Source of the DNA: Paragordius varius
Taxonomy: Eukaryota; Animalia; Nematomorpha
DNA: 64,000 nt
Reading direction: 5' to 3'
Assembly (NCBI GenBank): GCA_964247055.1
Contig: OZ176057.1
Coordinates: forward strand, 744,001-808,000
This document shows positions 1 through 12,600 of the stretch, in pieces. Both the position numbers and the translations under genes were made by a program. The first letter of the stretch is position 1. Every line of letters begins with the position of its first letter. The notes beneath the pieces are model-generated. The model saw only the letters and a program-made list of their open reading frames with translations, searched no databases and had not been told where the DNA came from.

Positions 1-279
1 ACCAAAAGATAAATTCTATAAGTTTAATCTTATTGAAAAAAAATAATATGATTATGAAATTATGATTTTATATAAACAAATAATTGTGACCCAATCCGAT
101 TTTTAGCTTTGATGAGCTATCATTATATTTGTATTTAAACTTAAATTTGTGTAAACCTTTGCAGTTTTTAATTGCCAAAGCCGTACTATTTGGAAAATAC
201 CAAATATATTGTATTCATTAAATAATACCACACTAAATATATATCATAACGCTTAGATAATTTAAATGCTGCTTGCAGA

Positions 280-302
280 GGCATTTGTGTCGGACACCCC
301 TG
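280..302. mobile_element. Isolated right end of a hAT-type MITE
   Basis: GTCGGACACCCCTG resembles the reverse complement of the CAGGG(G)TGTCCAAC terminus seen at 50791 and 55642. The partner end was not located. Confidence 0.35.
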
Positions 303-1051
303 ATATTAGACATTTTAAATAAAAATCAACTTTTTTTGGATATTTAATTTTTAATGTATAATTTGGTATAATATATTGTAATGATGACCAACTTGAGTTT
401 TTGACATTTATTCATTGTGCATATTATGTATAAATATATATATATGAAGAATCTCAAGATTTAAATAGCAAAACTTATGAAAGTGTTTATATCAAAACTT
501 ATGAGACAATAGGGAATCATGAATATTTATACAAAGATAACTTGAAAATTTAAAAATTTCCATATCTATTAAAACATAAGTAGACAGAATAATTATTTTA
601 TCCTTCTCGCGTTCTTATGGCGTAATCTCTAACCTTGATGGCAAACAATGGCTTATTTCTTATAACAAATAATTTTATGTCTTAAAGTCAAAATTAACAA
701 TCCATTAACTTTTGGGGTAGTTTTATATCATAGAGCGATTTAAACTTTGAACATCTTAAAAAGTATTTAGAAAATAATATAATTAACTTAAAAAAGCTTT
801 CAGGCTACATTTTACCAGCAAAAACATGATATACTTTTATTTTAATATTGGCTATTCGTTTCAATCGTGTTTTCAAGGTGTATTAATTTTAGTCTCTAGA
901 AGTCTTAAAACTGTAAAAAATATAATTTTTTAAGGTGAACTAACAAAAAGTAAAAAGATAATAAAGTGTTAAAGGTGTATATAATATGCGTATCCGCATC
1001 AATACCTGAATATTTCTATTTATTTTTACTAAAATTAGTTTTTTATTATAA

Positions 1052-2950
1052 TCTATATATTTATAAAAATGGAAAGTGGTGGCTTTGTGATCTGTTTCCG
1101 GAAAACCGGTAGACCCTTTCAAATCCAAATGTCGAAAAAATATAATCATTAATGAATGCCCCGACAATAGCTTCGCCCTTTTTTTAATTAGGCCCCCAGT
1201 TCGGGTCCACCCCGTGTAAAAAACGGTTTTTTTTGAAAATACAAGTGCACAAAAATCGTGTCTTTAAGACAATTTTCTGGGAAACGTGTTGGACCTATCG
1301 ATATCAAATATGATTTTTTTTAACTTATTTTTGATTGCGCCGAACATGGTTGGGTCACTTTTTCAATTTAGGCCCTACCGCTCCGTAAAATGGCACTTTT
1401 TTAAAAAAAATATCCACAAAAATAATTTTTTGAATCTATTTTTTGCCCAAAATATGACACCGTAAAAATTCAATCAAGATTCCAGGTTTTCCCGGTTAAA
1501 AGGCAAAAATTTTAGTCAAGCGTTTCTATAATGATAGCTGTTGGGTAAGGAGATACCCGCTAAAAACTGACTCGTGTTATCGAAATAGCGTGCCTTTGGG
1601 GCCAAATCTCAGAAAACCTATCAGGCCATAAGAGTTCAATCCGTGATTTAAATATTACCCGTAAAAAGTCAAAAATTTATGTCGTAGGATTTTTATAGCG
1701 GTTAAATAGGCCCTTTACGCCCTAAAAAATGCGCCACCATAGAATAATTTTTTTGAGGCCATTCCGAAAACTAATGAGAGCATATGGAATCAATAATGAT
1801 TCCAGGTATTCTCCGTAAAAAGGCAAATTAATCAAGCGCTTTTTTGTATCAGCCTTTGGGTATGGAGCTACCCGCCTAAAACTGTGCCACCATATCGAAA
1901 TTGCGTTGTTTAGGAATTATTTTTCAGAAAACTTATCAGGCCATATAACTTTAATAAGGGCCTGAAATATTACTTGTAAAAAGGGAAAAAGTTAAGTTGT
2001 AGTTTTTTAAAATTAGCTGTTAATTAGGCCCTTTATGCCCTAAAATATGCGCTATCATTGAACTATTATTTAGTTTTGAAGCCATTCTTCCACAAATCGT
2101 TAAAAAGATATGGAATGAATGATGATTTCAGGTATTCCCCTATAAAAGCAAAAATTTTTATCGAACTTTTTTATATTGTGGGTAGCGGGCTACCCGCCTA
2201 CAATTACGCCAGCATATCGATACAGCCTGACTTTCGAGGCAAATTTAAAAAAACTTATCAGGCCATATGAGTTCAAGCAGGGATTTAAATATTACCCGTA
2301 AAAAGGTAAAAATTTAAGTGGAGCTGTTTTATTACATTACCTACTAATTAGGCCCTTGCCCTGAAAAATGCGCCACTATATGACTTTTTGGTTTTAAGGC
2401 AATTTTTCGAAAATCGAGCATATGGAATCATCCAGGTATTCTTCTGATTAAGGCAAAAATTTTAATCAAGTGTTGTTTCCCCCCAGGTTAGGGGGCTATC
2501 CGCGTAAAACTGCGTCACTATATCGATACATCATGCCTTTAGAGCCAAATTTCAGAAACTAAGGGAGGAATCCAGAAATCCAGATATTCCCCTTATAAAG
2601 GCAAAAATTTTGCCTAATGCTTTTTTTATACCTGCTCCTGTCAAGGAGCTACCCGCCAAAAACTGCTCCACTATAGAGAAATGGCTTTGTTTTTTGGCTA
2701 ATTTACAGAAAATTTATAAAGCTATATGAACTCATTAAAAGGCTGAAATATTACACAACTAGGTAAAAATTAAGGTCATGCGTTTTTTATTAGCCGCTAA
2801 TTTGGGGCCTTTATGCCCTAAAAATACGCCATCAATACGATTATTTAGTATTGACGTATTTTTCAAAAACAAATATTTGCCCTATAAAGGCAAAGAATTT
2901 AACTCAGCACTTTTTCCATATAGGTTTTTGGGTAGGGGTCTACCGGTTTA
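1052..2950 (+). mobile_element. Non-autonomous Helitron, long form, 3'-truncated (copy A)
   Basis: Starts A|TCTATATATTTATAAAAATGGAAA at 1052, the same 5' end as at 27473, 53382 and (reversed) 42008/42568/43085. It is collinear with the copy at 27473, which has a hairpin+CTAG end. Internal units of about 320 bp (GGCCC landmark at 1371, 1709, 2027, 2351). Homology fades near 2950 with no CTAG/hairpin terminus, so the right boundary is approximate. Confidence 0.7.
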
Positions 2951-3557
2951 GTATATTATATTTATCTAGCACATATATTTTTAATATGAAAATTAAATTA
3001 TTTTGGCTCATCTTGAGAGTCGTACCAAAAATAGGGATTATATACCTATAATCATATGCAGATTAGAAAATTCATAATGATTAGCAAGATTTATTTATTT
3101 CATAGGTACTATTTTTAAAGTTTACCTAGATCGTGACATTTTATGATAACAATTAAATATTTTATTTTTATTCTGACATAAACGGATTAACAAAAATCGA
3201 TTCGGTTGAAAGTGGTTATTTATAAATGACTGAAAAAATCATTGGTCAGAGATTAGTGAAATTATATTATAGGGCAATATTTTTTAACAGAACAAAGGAT
3301 GGGATATAAAACTAGTCAAAGCTAAGACTTTTGCGGTATAAAGAAATTAGTTAAAAAATGCGCCATACATTTGCCAGCTGTTTGTTACATGCTTTGGCAT
3401 TTATTTTTCTCATATAGTGTTTTGATCCCAAAATTTTTTCGTATTCTAAAAGCCCATTACCTAATATATATACCTCGAAATAAAAACTGTAAGCCTAAAA
3501 TGGAAAATTAATATTAATGCTGTCCAATTTTTTTGTATGTATTAGTTATATATATAG

Positions 3558-6500
3558 TCATTTTTGCTATTTAGATATACACCGGCTTATTGCTCAGTGG
3601 CCATATGTCTGATATGGTTATCCTCATTCTTGATCTCAAGTGCCTTTTTTGTTATGGTAGAATCAAAAAATGATGTATCCCTACTTAAACCTGGTAAAAG
3701 TGATACAATCTTTTCGCAAAGTAATAATGAGAACAAAATTTTCAAATACCCACCCAACTCATTTTTAAATGATGGGCCAGCCCAATTTATTACAATCATA
3801 AATGGCAATATGACATACCGTTATTTTATTCCTAAAGACACAGCTAAAACTGACCTAAAGCATAAAATATTTATACGACCATTAAAAGTGTCTCAGAAAT
3901 CAATGGGCTTAATACCAAATTATTCGATACCAATGATGAATTTAGATATAACTAAATATAAGATAAATAATATAACTTTTTACCCTCCTTGGATACCTAG
4001 ACACATTTATGTTAAATCTGATGATATTGGTTGGTATCCTGATTACTTCAAACCCAATCAAGAATATGATGTATTCACTAATCAATTCTCTGACCAATAC
4101 TCAGGTAATACACAATATTTATCTTAAAACACTTAAAGCTTGTTGGTTTGAATATCAGTTTTTAACTGGTGGATATATTAATCACGCAGTTCTGTTCCTT
4201 ATTATTTAAAAACTATATTTTATATCATAAAACCACTTTGTTCACTAACAAAATTATGAGAAATCAATAATTTTTACTCAACAATGGTTAATATTCGTGA
4301 ATTTTAATAAAAATTTAAAATAAAATCACCAATAGATTAACTATCTAAAAGACTGAATAAGTTACCAAAGTTTGGCGCTAATTGTCTCTGTTGACCTTTA
4401 AAATTTTAATTTTTTATCGATGATGTTTTAGAAATAGCAGAATATATTTTATCGAAACAGTGGTACCAATAATATATGTTAAAAATCATATTGTATATTT
4501 TATTAAATATATATTCTATCCCTCCAAAATTTTGCTATTATATTTTAAATAGTGTTTAAGATAATTAGATGTAGTTTAAGCGTTGAGTTAAATTTATGTA
4601 AAGTTATTACAGGCCTGGAAAGCGGTAAATTAGATCTTTCCCAAAGCGCAGAAAAATATATTTCGCATAAATATAATCTATTTATTTTGTTAAACAGAAT
4701 ACGAAAACATAGAACCACAAGATACTTCTATGTTTATTGGTAACCCACATAAAAATTGGGAGAACAACAAAAATATATTGAAGAAATCTAACATAAATAG
4801 TGTAATCAGCCATGTTCTACCATATCTTACAAATTTCTCGGGCCCGAATTTCATAAATGAATACGTATCTCACATTAATAATAATTCTACTTTTACGCCA
4901 TTAAATGGTTCCGAATATATATTTGAATCAGATGGAAATAACACTCAACCGCAGCTTGCTAAACCGGCAACTCAAATCAATTTTATTGATAATAAAATAA
5001 AAATTATTTCAAACGTGGTATATAACCGTAATACTTTACCATTAGGACAACAACGCATTCGCATTCCGATGGGTAATGCGGAGTTTTGCGCTTTTTCTGT
5101 CATACAAAATATTTTCTACCTGGTGTTTCAATTAACACTTGGGTGTACCTTACCCCTGATAACTGCTATGGGCCTTTACTTTTCCATGATTAAGACTTTG
5201 TGGAGAACTCGTGATGACATAAAAAGGGGAACCGCTGATTATCATCAGAATGGAGATTTCCATATTTTGGGATACGTTCATCGGAAAGCTAGGAATGATT
5301 TTTCAAGTGATGGAAAACCAAACCATAGTTATCCAGGTAAAGTGGAATCAAAAAGATTTACCATAGCAATTCCCTTTTTGACGGCTCATCATATTCCACA
5401 AATTCAGAATCTTGAAAATGCGTTTCAATACCACACAGCTACAAAACCTTTGTATCAAAAAACGGAAATTGGCCAACATGCTACTACCATGCCCACTGTA
5501 TTACCTTTAATCGAAAAAAGTTTGGATAGTACCGAGGAGTTGTCTAAACCAGATCTAACATCATCAATGGGTTCATCGCATTTAAGTTACAAAGAAAAAA
5601 CTAGTCGCATTGATGGGTTAAGTAAGCTTCAATCATGCCAAAAATCAATCTATATGAATGCGCTTACAAAATCCCACACAGGCTCACAAAATATTCTTCT
5701 TCACCAAATTAATGATCCACCACCTCTACTTCAAAAAGAAGGGTTTCCCAAATTGAAGGATGATATCCATTTACGAACACAGAGTTGCGGTGAAATTGAA
5801 TTAGCCAAAGCTAGAAAAAAATTTATACAAAGTAAACAACAACACAGCGTGCAGAAAGATTGGGAAGATTTGCCCAAAGAGCAAAGAAATGGGCACATAA
5901 GTGTCAAAAAATTGTGGGTTAAGCAAAACTCAGTAGAAAGTATATTAAATGATACGGAAAAAAGTGACATCCAAACACAAAACACATCCAAAAACAGAGA
6001 TAAAAATTTAATTCCCTCCCCATTAGTCATTTCTTCTGATGGTTTAAACCATTTCGGGTTATTTAACAGTCCAACGTTATCGCATCATCATAATAAAAAT
6101 ATTATACCAGCATCTCCAAATTATTCTGGTACAGGTCGTCACCAATCCGAACTAAATAAAATTAGGCGAGAATCTATCACTAATCGAAAGAATAAAAAAG
6201 CGGTTAAAATGTTGGTAACTATTATGGGTATGTACATGTTTTGTTTCATCCCCTTCTACATTCTAAGTTTGGTGGAGTTTTTACAGAATGTCAGTATACC
6301 CAAATATGTATATTACTTACACAACTTTTTAACACTCACGAGTCATTGGGCAAATTTATTGATTTACATAGCGTATTCCAAGAGTTTTCGAAAGGGTCTG
6401 GCATGCGTTCTCAGATGCCAATGTAAAAGGGTTCGATTAGGGAGTACTAGGGTTCAAAGTCCCTTACATCCTTTACATCGACACACGAAAGATTTGGGCA

Positions 6501-6793
6501 AAGTTAATGAGCAAAAAATAATAAATTATACAGTAACGAAATCGGGGAAAAAAATACCCGTCGTTTTATCTGATAATTATGGGATATTAAACCATCAAAA
6601 GTATCAACAATATACATCAAATAGGCGACATCATCATCATCCTCATTTTAACAATATATTAGTGCATGACAAAAACACCCCTAAACATTTGCTGTTTGAT
6701 AATCATAGATTTTTCAATTCAAGTACCAATGACAGTACAAGTTCTGGAAAATTTAGCATTGCCACCAAACATAACTCAGAAAAGCAAAATTAA
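3558..6793 (+). CDS. Class A (rhodopsin-like) GPCR, TM4-TM7 and C-tail; 5' exons not located
   Basis: Exon 3558 (or 3575)-4104 encodes TM4 (YCSVAICLIWLSSFLISSAFF). A phase-1 GT-AG intron 4105-4697 (TCAG|GTAATA ... TAAACAG|AA) joins in frame to exon 4698-6793. That exon encodes TM5 (FQLTLGCTLPLITAMGLY), a long ICL3, TM6 (KKAVKMLVTIMGMYMFCFIPF), TM7 (LTSHWANLLIY) and helix 8 (SKSFRKGL). Peptide-receptor-like; the ligand class cannot be assigned. Confidence 0.85.
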
Positions 6794-7249
6794 TTATTTT
6801 TATAGATAATATGAAAAAAATAAATCTAGTCAAGTGTGTCTTTTTTTTAATTATTTTAAACGTTGTTCATGCATGTGTAAGTGACATTTTAAGTAGCCAC
6901 TGAACTAATTTATTAAATAAAAAAACTATTATAATGAATTTTGCTTGAAAAGAAAGATAGAGATTCTTCTTGGTATATAAGAATTCCGTATAATGTTTAA
7001 TTATTTTAACGTTTCCATTTTGTTTTTCTAAGTGATAAAATTCGATCCTTAGGGGTTTTTTAACTTAGAGATAAATATTTAGTGTGATTTCGGGATTTCC
7101 TTGCCTAACATAATGTGACCAGATATTTTGAATTTTGACGCGATACTTTGCCTGTTTTTAACCATCGGTGTGGTATATAACAGAGTTTCCACAAAAAATA
7201 TTCAGATGAAATTATAGAAATATATCAGGATTATTATAATGCTTTTAGT

Positions 7250-7520
7250 TTTAACCTTTACCAGTTATTAAAGAAAGTTATTTACACTTTTGTAGAAAGT
7301 GATCAGCATAAAAGTACAAAAGGGCGCAATTTTTTCAAATATGCTTTATAACAAAAAATATCACTAAAATATAACACAAAAAACATATAAAAAGCAAAAC
7401 AATATTTTTAAAAATTTTAAATTTTTATACGTGGGCTCTGAAAGTCCCAATTTTTTGGCTCTTTTAAAATGGACTGTTCTCTTAAAAAACGCAAAAATTC
7501 CGACATTGTGCAATAATTTA
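7250..7520. repeat. Dispersed repeat, homologous to 57620-57890 in opposite orientation
   Basis: Shared blocks AAAATATCACT(A/T)AAATAT, CATATAAAAAGCA and GGCTC(T/C)GAAAGTCCC(A/T)ATTTTT, in the same order as the reverse complement of 57620-57890. Boundaries approximate. Confidence 0.5.
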
Positions 7521-7594
7521 TATATACTTAATTTTGATATCAACTATATATATTTTTAAAAAAATGCATGCTTTCATAAATTTAATTTTTAGCC

Positions 7595-7940
7595 AAATTT
7601 TGTTGAAGCGTACTTCATATTATTTCAGCATGGTGGAAACGATATTAACGGTTAAGATGTTATAACACTATATATATATAATTCGATAATGCTCAACATT
7701 TTTCACACTCAGAATTTTGATTATATTCGTTTGTTTTCAAATTTATGTCAAATCAAATTGTGTTTTTACAAAAATTCACCAAAATTTGCAACCAAGCAGA
7801 CTTTTAATTTAAAATTCTGAACCTATAGTAATGTGGAACATCATCAAATTATTTAGAAAAAGGGTTTTATTATATCTTAAAGCGTATGCCGTTTCCAGCA
7901 TGAAAATAGTTTGTAGTACGCTTCAACGAAATATTCAAAT
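7595..7940. mobile_element. MITE-like element with about 70 bp imperfect inverted repeats
   Basis: GTTGAAGCGTACT...CAGCATGGTGGAAACG...TTAAGAT (about 7602-7660) is mirrored by ATCTTAA...CGTTTCCAGCATG...AGTACGCTTCAAC (about 7873-7927). Confidence 0.5.
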
Positions 7941-8760
7941 TTGTTTATGCAAAAAAATAGGAAAACTAATAAAAATTAAAGTTTAGGAATAAAATTAAGA
8001 AATATCATACCTCCCACCTAATGAGTATAGAAAACATAAAAACTCTTAATTTTTTAATCCGAAATAATAGGTTATTTCGAAATCAAATTCCATATATAAT
8101 AAATTTTATATAATATGTTATATCATAAATTTATTTTGTTTATTTTAAATTTTGAGGCACCTCTTTTTGCGGAAGCCCTGAGAGAAAGAGCCATTGGCCT
8201 GAATATTACGGTGGAGTGGGATTGTTTCCACTGCGCGAAAGGCTCCAATCCTAAGTTTGTATAATTCGAGCAGAAAATAAAATATTAACCAATTAAAAAT
8301 AGGCCTATCTAAGTTTTTTACCGTAAAATAAACCATTTCTATACAAATTATGGGGTTATTTTGACAGAGGATACTATATTAAATTCTAAAATATTTTTTA
8401 GAATAAAACGTAATTAATATATATTTATAAAAAATAAATTTAATTTCAAAAGCAGTACAAAAGTGGGCGCAGTACAGGCGCAGTTTTATTGAAAACCCAG
8501 TACTGTACTGCGAAAAACAGCCTATCTGGTCACATTCGCCTAACATATTCATTCACCAAATCTTTCATAAACACACACCCTTATTTAGTTAGTTAATTAT
8601 TAGTTTAATTGAATATTCTGCATTACTAGTTTCATTTAACATCTTATCTACTTTTTTAGGTAAAGCTTACCCTAAATCCATTATAAAATATCTTTTATTA
8701 ATTTTATAATGTGCCAAATATTGTAAGTATGAAATCCAAAAACCCTACCTAACTCTCCGC

Positions 8761-8763
<3 letters not shown>

Positions 8764-8802
<39 letters not shown>
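8764..8802. repeat. (TA)n microsatellite
   Basis: Uninterrupted TA run. Similar runs lie near 25691, 37260, 39075, 43088, 48897, 49860 and 61906. Confidence 0.95.
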
Positions 8803-8807
<5 letters not shown>

Positions 8808-9624
8808 TCTTTGATGAGAAGATCAGATATGAAACGGTTCCGGCATAAATTCATTCATTAGTGCTATTATAACCGAAAGACTGTCTTTAATCACAACTGA
8901 TATAGAAATTTTTTTGACAACATATACTTCCTAGAGATTAGTTTTAAACCATAAATAACTGCATTCATAAGCAAAATCGATTTTTATTTTGCTCTCGTCA
9001 AGTTACTGTTTTCTGCGAAATTACTAATCAAAAAATGTTAACCCACTCTATTGATTAGTTTTAATACGATTAAAAATCTCAAAATATCTTGTAATATTTA
9101 TATGCTTAAACTATTTATTTCGATGATTTTTATCAGGTTAAAATTTAAAGTTACCGTGGGCATAAAAAATGAGCAATTTTCGCAGGTAATTCGTCCGAAA
9201 TTTGGTCAACAGATAATTTTGTTTAAAATAATTTAGTATTGATAATTTATTGTAATAATATCAAAATGGTAAAATTAAATAATCTAAATTAGTGATAAAT
9301 ATACAATTTTTACATAATTTAAAGTTGTTTGGCTTGTGAAAAAAGGCTGTTAGATATTAAAGAAAATATATATACATACATATCAAATTGTGATTTAAAA
9401 ATACATTGTAAAATAAATAATTTTTTACACCAATATCAAATTTTTAACAAATTATTTTTTTCCAAGCATGAGGGGTGGCATAGGGGCCATAGTACTGTGT
9501 TTTCCTTTAATGTTGTACACAAACGGAAGTAAGAATTGCAATGGATCAATAGTCACCTATATAATAGATAATATTACAATTTTAAAATATTAAGTCCAAC
9601 GAATCTTAAAAATCTTTCAAAGTT

Positions 9625-12600
9625 CTAAAAAAATGTTAAATGTACAGGTTTTTCAGTTGGTTTAGGTAATCCAAAAGCAGTGTTTGCGTCGTTACTGTTT
9701 CCGTTTGATTTTGATATTTTTTGACCGATTTCATCATACTCACCTGATTGCATTCTTAATTCATTGGCTTTCATTTGCAGTTTAATGGGTAAAGGTTTAC
9801 CTAATTATATGGACATGGAAATTTTAGAGATATCAGAGTTACCATCATAATTAAAATAATATAAACACTATTTAACAGTTTTGGCTGCATATTTGTAAAA
9901 GTTTTAAATGCTCAAATATATCAAATACCCTTGTAGGCCCTTATGAGTTCCGCGGGATTAGATGGATAGTCATCCTCTGCCAAACTATCATCATAATCAT
10001 AGGATGTTGGGTACAATCCGACTGAATTGAGTCGATTGAGATATTGATCGACTTGCTCACTTTCACTCAAACCCCCTGGAAGACTAGGGTTCACGCCCCG
10101 ATATGGATTGTAATATGGATCAAAATACGGATTTCCAGATTGCCCACCATTTAAACCTGCGCCACCCGACAAACCACCGCCTCCTGTCTGGGAATCGGTA
10201 GAACCAGCATTCAGGTTTCCATTTGCACTGGGTTGAGCATCAGCTAAAGCTGACCCCAAACTCGCAACATCTGAGGGCGATAATCCTGTTTCTAGCATCC
10301 CCTTTGTTTCAACACGGATCGAATTGTCATCATCGGATTGCTAACAGGTTTATGATTATATATGTGGGAATAAATAATATATGTGGTTTAATAAATGTTA
10401 AGTAAGAACATTCATCTAATAAAATTTAAAAAATATAAATGGTAGTAGGACTTGTGATTACTCGCTTGCCCAGGGCTGACAGTGATAATGAATATGCCGT
10501 TTCGGGGTTCAAACTCTAACATTACACACACACAAACACACAGAGTAAGAATCCGGCGCCCTACCTACCCTACCATCACACCTTTAATTTTAATTGAAAT
10601 ATACCTTCCTTAATGTAAATTAACCTGAACATAAACGTAAATGGAAAACTCAATAACTATTATTTACCCTTCCACCATATAAAGCAGAAAGCCAATCTGG
10701 TTGATGGTTTGTTTTACGTCGACTAAGCTCATATCGTGATTGACCATTAACTATGGCGGCTTGATCGCCAGGAATAAAGATAGTCCCATCTGGCTGAGCA
10801 TTACCTGATTTCCTAAGCTCATCGCTTTGCGTTTTCCATTTTGAGGCTAAATCTAATGCCATGAGGTAGGCGGTTTGATCAAAATTCTTTTTTTCTGGTA
10901 ATATATAGAACATTTAATATAACGAACCAATTAACTGAATTTCAGATTTCTATAGCCAATATTTTATTTTCAATTGTATACTTGACCCTTCTTCGAAACC
11001 ATCAATGAAAGCGTCTCCAACCATTATGGGGTCCTGTGCAGTTTGTGGTGCTGTGTCCACTGAAGATAGTTGTTTTACAAGCCCTTCGCTATGATCTGTA
11101 TGCCCTACTTTTGATTCTTTACGCTTTTCAGCTGTATCAGAAGCTGGTAGGTGATTGCTATGTTCTGACTCTGTTTTAGATGGACTTTTTGTTTCAATGT
11201 TTCGTTTCTTTTTGTTAACTTTTTTGAGATAACTACGGAGCATGCGAGAAATGCGTGGGTCAAAATCATCTCCCCTCGAGGATTCTTGACCAAAACCAGC
11301 CGATTTCAGGCTTCTAGAAAGTGCCGGGTCAACGTAACCAGCATCAGCGGCCAAAGATACTGGAATACGATGGTGATCTAGGCCCTTCCCTTTTTTAGCA
11401 ATCTTTCTCCTATTACCGATAGAGCCACTGTTTATATCCTCATTATCTAATGCCTTCTCATAGAAACCCTCTAAAACGGGTACACCCTCCATAAAAGGAT
11501 CCATATTCAAATTGTGTGAGGAGGAGCTGAAATCATTCATTTCCTGACCTTTGAGCGCTTTAGCCACATGTTGGGAAAATGCTGAACTCAACGAATTTCC
11601 ATTCCTACTTTGACCTGGCGGAGACCGAATGTTGGCAATTGGGTCAGATAGCCCTGATACGTGAAGTGTTGGATCACGTGCACTTTGCATCAAATTTGGT
11701 GCGGTACACATTGGGCAACCGTTAGCACCTAGGGATTATTTATAACATACGAGCATTAATATATAAGGATAATTCAAATTTTGATCTTTCAATTGCCATT
11801 AGTTTTTAATAATTCCAATAAATAATAATATTAAAATTATCATTCGCCTATATTCAGAATAAATTATATTGAGCTCCGTATATCAAAATGGGTCAGGCTT
11901 ATTGTATCAAGATAACTTCTTAGAAATTGAAATGCTAGCTTTCTTTTGACAAATTAAAATACCAATGTAAAATAAAAAATTATATCTCATACTTAAGCAA
12001 CATTTCTGGCTTCCTGGACATGAGAAATCATGGAGACAAGAGCCCCCACAGTTGGGTATGGGTATAGTGTAGGCAACCACGTTGATCAATGGGGAAGCTG
12101 TTGCTATTGGCTGTAATGGAATACTGTAATTTAGCGTTGAGGTAAATTGATCTTGCAATGTAACACTGGGGCATGTACCAGGTTTGATAGCTGTTTAAAA
12201 AAGCACATTAAAAATGTCATATTAATAAAACGTAATAACTAATATTTTAATCTAAAAACAATATTTTATCCTTAATACTTTATCTTATTATAATAATTAC
12301 GATTGTGAAATACATATTTGAGTTTTACCAATTTAGAGTTCTATTCATCGTTTTTCAACCCAAAACAATAAGGGATATAAAAGAAAATAAAGCTTTATGA
12401 AATAAAGTTGCCTTTAATAAAATAACTTTATCTTCTAGTTTTTACACCTTTTTTTCTTTATAACTTCAATTTAAAAAGTTAAATGCAATACCATTACAAC
12501 ATTGGTTAACGATTCCATTGTTAAGTCTGATGGGGACACAACGGAAACCTGAGCCACAGTCATTGAAAGATGTATTAGTGCGGCATGTAAGTCCAGCAAT

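Noticed and set aside
580-900. Candidate upstream GPCR exons (TM1-TM3, DRY motif)
   Set aside because: No frame gave a transmembrane helix or DRY-like motif with usable splice sites. The GAGCGATTT (ERF) near 733 is followed by a stop. The 5' exons probably lie left of the window.
1340-2950. Regularly spaced repeats as a CRISPR array
   Set aside because: The units are about 320 bp and diverged along their whole length, with no unique spacers and no cas genes, in a eukaryotic context.
940-3051. ORF-track ORFs 940-1167, 2058-2270, 2851-3051 and their look-alikes at 27536, 41790, 42279, 42350, 42766, 42828, 42883, 53369, 53391
   Set aside because: These are chance frames in a non-coding Helitron. 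Frames are not preserved between copies and there are no Rep or helicase motifs.
10438-10580. B-box-like GGGTTCAAACTC in an intron, suggesting a tRNA or SINE
   Set aside because: No cloverleaf or convincing A-box could be drawn. At most it is a small repeat relic with short GGTAG/CTACC inverted ends.
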